Shown in pieces: positions 57,729 through 64,000 of a stretch of 64,000 bases of DNA (its first letter is position 1; each line of letters opens with the position of its first letter). Origin of the DNA: Lingula anatina (Eukaryota > Animalia > Brachiopoda); assembly GCA_051362555.1 (NCBI GenBank), contig CM120642.1:5704001-5768000 (forward strand). Direction: 5' to 3'. The translations under genes and the position numbers were made by a program. The notes beneath the pieces are model-generated. The model saw only the letters and a list, made by a program, of their open reading frames with translations. It made no database searches and was not told where the DNA came from.

Positions 57729-60700
57729 TTTGGCAGATTTTTTCTGTCTTTGTAGTTGGTTGTTTGAAACGCTATGGTGACGTCACTGGATCGGCAACGA
57801 CGTCACTCTTCCCACGAAATGATAACGACCTTTAGTTACACGAACACGTACTGAAAATCGCGCCAAGACGACGTGTAAGGTCACGTGACAGCCCGAACTA
57901 CGCGCACTTCCGGCGTGAGTCTTCTCCTGCTCAACGCACTGCTCGGAACTACTCAGCAGTCTGTCCGGAGATCTGGCATATCAATGCGTAAGCGGTGATT
58001 ATTACAAAAAATCCTACGCGCTTGCACAAAATAGTCCGCGACGTGTGTTTCGCGCCATATTTTGCAAAATCCATATCTGTTATGAAAATCCATGAAACTC
58101 TGTGAATAGCCCATTATTCCGCTTGAAACTTTCAAAAAATAAAATTTAGAACTTGATGTAAACGCACAATGTAAAATGAACATTTCATTTCCGTGGAAAA
58201 ATTTGTATCAGCTGTCTAAAAATAGCACACGCGTTTTTCCCAAGCTGACCTTGGAATTTTTTACCCAAAAATGAAATGATTGCAGAAAAAATGGACAAAC
58301 CTAATTTTTTGATATTATAATGATTTATTAAACTATAGACCTCGACCCCGGATTATGGAACGATATTTGACGTTTTTCAGCTTTGCACAGTCTGTGTATA
58401 AAAATTAATGTAAACTAACCATCCCCAGAAATGCACTGCATGACGTCACGCCTAGCCCACTGCGCATGCGTGCATTTTTAATGAGTTGCTAGATTGCCAT
58501 AGGAAAATGAATGGGTTCGCGATTCGTGGGTAATTCGTGAGAATTGACAAACTAACGGCCTGATGCCGATAGACAGAAACGCTGTTCTATGCTTCAAGCA
58601 ACTCCTGACCAAATATCGCTAGGGTTTTTTTTAAATTCTGTTGTACACACGTACTAAGAAGTTTGCCGTATATTGCCTAGCCTACCCTCAGCAAAACGCA
58701 AATATTTTCAGTAATAGTGATTTTAGACGGTAAATTCACTCAGAAACAAAGGCAAATTAATTCGTTGCCGATAGCACCAGCAGATAGCAGCACCATACAG
58801 AGTCTGATGAAAAACTTTCATGGCAATAGAGGCTGTCCGGGTTCTCAACGAGAAGACCAAGTTTCCCCGTGATTTTACGAGATCTGCCTTGAGGTGGGGT
58901 TAGAATATGGAGTCCACAAGGAAGTAGAGCAGCGATTTCTTTACTTGAAAAATAGCTGAACTTACACATTGGATGGATGCCTTATCAGAACATTAGACTT
59001 GCCTGCATCTTTGATTTAATTTCACTAAATTTATAGTAACTAATTCAAAAGGCTCGAGTTTGATCATAAAGTAAATTTTCTTCATTTATTTACTTATGAA
59101 AATGATGCTAATAGAAACTAATGGATAGCATTCACAAAATGTAAGTTTAATTGTGATCAGATCCGACTTAAATGACAGGAAAGATGACAAAAGAAAAAAT
59201 TAAAATGGACAACATATAAGTTGAAATTTTCACAAAATCATTGCATTTTATTGACAGTTATACACAAATGCAACAAATAAACACATCTCAGGCGAACTTG
59301 TATTTGTGATCTGAGTAAATGATATGAAAAACAGGTGTCATATAGTTATTAAAAAAAGTCACTACAGTAACATAAGAATGATACTAGCAAGTAAAATAAT
59401 TTTCTTCATTAAATCACTAGTGCAGTACAATACATAGGCCTATATACATATATATATATATATATATTCATAAAACCAAATATTTCATTTTAAAGTAATA
59501 AAGAAAATGCCTGATACTGTAAGTGACAGCCAGAAAAAAAATGCCATCTGTTGACTCCTGATATAATTAAGTAAACAACATAATAACTAAGGACATAAGA
59601 GATTAATATACACTGAGCAATCTTCAACATCTGATTATCCTGACCACATGACTCTCGCAGTTCTTGACTGGTTCAATAACATGTGCTGTGTCTGTCATGC
59701 TCTAAAATAAATAAAAAATAACTCACTTAGTTTTCTGAAATATATAGGCCTATCATTGTGTGATAAACGTTGTTGTAAAATACCAACTCTAATTTCCACC
59801 TTACTTGCAAATTGCAATTATCATAACTGACCACCCGGCATGGAATGTTACAACTGAACATTGTGTATACTTAATAGGTGTGGAAGGTTCACCATTATTT
59901 CATAATCAGGTACACGTTATATGGAGATAGGAATGGTACAAGCAAATTTGTCTGATATAGTTACCGTAAAAGACTATTAATCACAAGTACTAGGGCTGTA
60001 TTACATTAATAAACCATGGTGTCCTGTAAACTACACACAAAACTTACTTATTAATATGCCCCTCGACCGTTGATGATACGGTCTGTACGGTGATGCCATG
60101 GAGCCAGTGACGTGCAGGGTGCGAGTTGTCTGCAGTTGGTCCCTTTCTTTCTACAAAATACTGCGACCTGATCTGTACTTTAAATATTTCGGCATTTAGT
60201 CCTTTTAATCTAATCAAGCCCAACTTCTCTTTCTTCACTTCACTTCTCTCGCCAGTCGTGTCCGTCATCCATAGTCATTTTCCTGGTTTTCTCGCTTTAC
60301 TTTATCTGCAATGCACCCTACGACACAACATTAGCAATTCGCCATTGCGTTGCTCTATCTCAAATTACATGACAACGCCAAATTTTACTCAATGCAATCC
60401 TAAAACATAGACTTGTGCCTGACCGCGAGAGAAGTTTCAATGGCAGATTTTAACCCCACCTCTCGTGAAATCTCGCTCCAATCCAGGTCTCGTTTGACGT
60501 CATCTGCTGCGCAGATGTTCAAAATAGGCTATCCCGGACATCTCCTATTGAAGATTTTTTACCACTGTACAATGGCGTCCAAAAAGAGCACTTGGCACAA
60601 ACGTAAAACTGCCCAGTGCAAGGCCAAGAATTCAATCAGTATTTTCAATCATATTATCAGATTCTACATAAATTGACTGACCATATCACTACTCAGTATT

Positions 60701-62334
60701 TAACTAATCTCTTAATCCAAAATTCCTATCATCATTTAATAATTATGCAAAATTTTTCTTTCAGATTGCTATTTATTTAAATTTTCAATGCTGCAACTGT
60801 TCCAAAATAATCTTGTAGTAAAGGAAAAATGCAAATAAGAAGTGGAAGACCAATTTTACCCACATTATTTATTTATTTGAATATAAAAAGAATAAGATCA
60901 CGATTTAACAAGTTAAAATAATCTTTCATGAACTCGTTCACGAATAACATATTAAACAAAAATAAAAGTTATAAATCAGTGGTAATGGCTTATTCTGGAA
61001 TATATAACCCCTGCACATCATCAGTACCTGACTTGGTACTACTTGGATACATAGTTAGATTTGATCATGTAACAATGAGAACAATATATATTATAATAAT
61101 GAACTTCTCTACACATATCAGACGTTTGTTACCATGAACTAACACTACTTGACAATGGGCTGAGCACTTATCACAGAGTCTGTGTGCGATGCCATTCTTG
61201 TGCTGTGATTGGCTAGTTGAGTCACGTGAAGCCCTACTGTTGCGCCCTCGCGTATCGCGTGAATGCTGCACTTTTCTGGCCATGCCTCTAATACTTTGCA
61301 TGTAGCTACGATAGAGCTTTATTTACTATCGTGTAAAGCTTAATCCATATGATTGGGGTTATTATTGGAGAAAAACGCTAAAATAATGGTTAACTTCGTG
61401 TTGTTCTCAAACCCCGGATTATGGAACAAAACCGGAAATGCGCAGATAACGTCGCGTCAGTGTGTGTTAGATAAGATGCAAGGCAATATGTAGTGCAAGG
61501 GGTCTATAAAAGACAATAAAACGACGAATGCGCTTTATATTGCGAATATCAATGAAAATAACAGCTGTTATTATTCATATTAAGTTGGTCTTTTATTTTT
61601 AAACACAAATATTGCTGAATAATGGAATAGCCCACTCATTCACTACTGCCTTGAATCGGATTATGGAACAAAACGAGAAGTTGCCGCTACGTCGGAGTAT
61701 CAAAGCGATGTTTAGTAGTCAGATAATTTAAAATGCCAAATTGAAAATACTGTATCCATAATTATGAATTAAAAGAAAAATATTGATATTTCTCATTTTA
61801 AAACTCATCTATCATTCGTTTGGTCTGCCTTAAGTAAACAACGCCAGTAATCATTCAAAATAAAAGCTTTAATTCATGGTGACAAAAGTGGCAATTAACA
61901 CTAACAGCTCACATATCATTAACAAAGAATTTATCGAAAGTGTGACAAATGCAATAAACAAAAAATTTGCGGAGAACTCGCGTAACAATGCTGTAACTTT
62001 ACAAAGAGATGAATATATTCATCTTTCTGAAGAGTGCTGTGACTTTTATGAAATGAATCTAACCTTTAACTCCATAAAATGAAATCACTGCAATCATTCT
62101 AATATTACACTGTCTTGCCCTTCAAGAAAACAAATGAAGGGGCACAAAAGTTATGTACATTACTATACTATATCTCAAATCAAACATGCACTGCAACTCT
62201 GTTCACCATTTTTACGTTGCGTTGTGTGTAACGCACAAGAACATATCACTTATATGTTTGTTTTGCAGTACTGATAAAAATAAACAATATAAATCTTTTT
62301 TTAATTAATTATAAAAAAAAATAATAAAAAAGGC

Positions 62335-63220
62335 CTACTCTGAACACTGCCAGCAGTTCTTACAGAGGAAAACGTCCAAAAATGTCGGGGTTTTGGCGCA
62401 AGTAAGATGTTCTTGTGCGTTACAAACAACGCAACGTAAAAACTCATACACTTCCTCCCCCAAATCCGTGGTGCTGCATGTTGGTGGCTCTATCCCGTTG
62501 CAAATCCTGCATATCGGTGCCGGTCTAAAGGGTGTTCGTGGCGCCTCGTTTCCTTCCAGAGGTTCTACAACGACGAAATTTCCCTCTGCTACATTTCCCT
62601 CTGATTTCTTTCTTCTCCCTCCTTCCTTCTTTTCTTTTCTGCGCTTCACCTCCAAGGCCCTCTGTGCCTTTCGCTCTTGGACCTCGGCCTTCTTCCTCTT
62701 CCTCTCTTCGCCCGCTCTTCTTTTCTTCTCCTCTTTCTCCATCCTACGCTTAGCGTCATCTTCGGCTTTTCTCATTTTTTTACAGCTCTTCTTTTCTTCT
62801 TTTCTTCCAAATCTTTCGCCTTTTGTTCTCTCCTTGCCTGCATCTCCTCTCGCTTTTTTTCTTTCTCTTCTCGTCTCTTGCTTTCTTCTTCTTCTTTCCT
62901 TTTTCTTGTGTCATGGGCCTCATCTGCGGTTAACACTTGAGCTTTTGTGTAATCAGTCCCTCTACGTTTCCGACCAGGGGCGCTTTCGGCGGGAAAGATC
63001 AACAACTTCGCAATGGTAGGGGAAATGGCCCCCATTTTAACCATTGGGTGCTCTGATATATTGCACACTTGGCCACATGTATTGCACGAGTATGGTAATT
63101 CCGTCTGTGTGGTACCAGTGAAGTTAGCCCGAGAGATTGTAATCCAGCTTTTTAAATTAATTTCTTTTGATGCTTTTAAGTATGAAGAAGGCTTTTGGTT
63201 AAGTTTGGGCTTTAGATCGT
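62335..63220 (-). pseudogene. C-terminal part of a pogo-like (Tc1/mariner superfamily) transposase: K/E/R-rich coil and PHD-like finger, frameshifted
   Basis: CNTCG..HPMVKMG..KAQVLTADE, charged coil, CRICNG...FLRCVVCNAQEHLTC..FLCKNC; frameshift in an A-run at ~62775. Motif CGGATTATGGAAC repeated downstream (~61657, 61415, 58350) may mark terminal repeats. Confidence 0.65.
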
Positions 63221-63224
63221 AAAG

Positions 63225-63758
63225 ATGAACTATTCCTATCGTTTTGAATTACATATCAAACCATGTGTGACACCACCGCCGCCTCCAAGTCCATGTGTGG
63301 CACCACCGCCTCCTCCTCCTTTCCCAAGCCTCTGTGCGACACCCTTACCGTTGAGGTCTACATGTACAACTTTACCGCTACCGGTCACGTACACAGTTCC
63401 TCCTTTGTGTCCTACAGAATCAAGGAATCAGTCTTTCGGCCGGCCACCCGTCGCCTTGTCAAATAAAGAAATATTCGAAATTCGACAACGGGCCAGTTCC
63501 CCAGGCAACTTTTGCGTTCAGTTGATGGGAAGGTTGTTTACGATTGATGAACGAATACAAAAGAACAGAAATGTTACGGGTGTAGATGGGAGAGATCCTA
63601 TATGCAAATATAGACTGAACTATATTAAAGATATGGCTAACAAAATGTTTATCACTGAAACAACTGACAGGTCTTTTTGGAAAAAATGCATTTCGTCTAT
63701 GAACAAAGGTAATAGAAATATAAGGACATACTATAAAAATAAAACTCAATCTTGTTAA
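63225..63758 (+). CDS. BEN-domain protein with a polyproline N-terminal region (possibly 5'-truncated, TE-borne)
   Basis: SSPGNFCVQLMGRLFTIDER...NVTG...DPI...RLNYIK...FWKKCISSMN fits the BEN pattern; AATAAA downstream. Confidence 0.75.
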   Translation: MNYSYRFELHIKPCVTPPPPPSPCVAPPPPPPFPSLCATPLPLRSTCTTLPLPVTYTVPPLCPTESRNQSFGRPPVALSNKEIFEIRQRASSPGNFCVQLMGRLFTIDERIQKNRNVTGVDGRDPICKYRLNYIKDMANKMFITETTDRSFWKKCISSMNKGNRNIRTYYKNKTQSC

Positions 63759-64000
63759 TAATATGTATATAGCAAAGACAGTTTGAAGCCTAATAAATAT
63801 TACATGTACGAGTAGTGTTTTATTTGATCTTTAATAAATTCATAAATTCATTTATTAAACTCTATGTAAATTCAATCAATTCATAGCTACAATGTACACG
63901 AAAATTGCTGTCATCACCGAATCTTTTTGGTAAAGCGACTTTTTAAGATTACTGTTGGCAAGTTCTTATACTTAAAATCTCCGTATCAGAGTAGAGTGAT

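Noticed and set aside
62393-63019. 208-aa F/L/S-rich plus-strand ORF and overlapping short ORFs
   Set aside because: Antisense shadow of the K/E/R-rich coil on the minus strand.

Overview
AT-rich eukaryotic DNA with spliceosomal introns, most likely a marine invertebrate judging from the mix of Academ, Kolobok, Ginger, Merlin, Polinton and DIRS elements (the taxon is inferred). The window is almost entirely a nest of transposable elements, and many boundaries resolve to the base from TIRs, TSDs and restored reading frames. From left to right: (1) a PIF/Harbinger element, split by a piggyBac derivative, inserted in the 3' LTR of a Mag-like Ty3/gypsy element that is itself split by an EnSpm-type element and a hAT with a 6-bp TSD; (2) two Academ-type elements, one a 4.9-kb foldback palindrome, plus Merlin, Harbinger-Myb and Kolobok (THAP + KolX) relics; (3) a young, near-intact 10.8-kb Ty3/gypsy provirus (30174-41007); (4) a Polinton fragment interrupted by a DIRS fragment; (5) a Ginger element, Harbinger-type MITEs, an intronless secreted TSR/Cys-rich gene, a pogo-like tail and a BEN-domain ORF. 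The best candidate for something undescribed is the provirus. It combines TA...TA LTR ends, an in-frame UGA-CUAG gag-pol junction, a chromodomain integrase, an F-type env, and an ORF overprinted on the gag leader that encodes three SUMO-interacting-like motifs, with substitution evidence favouring that frame. All family calls are by motif recognition; no searches were run.
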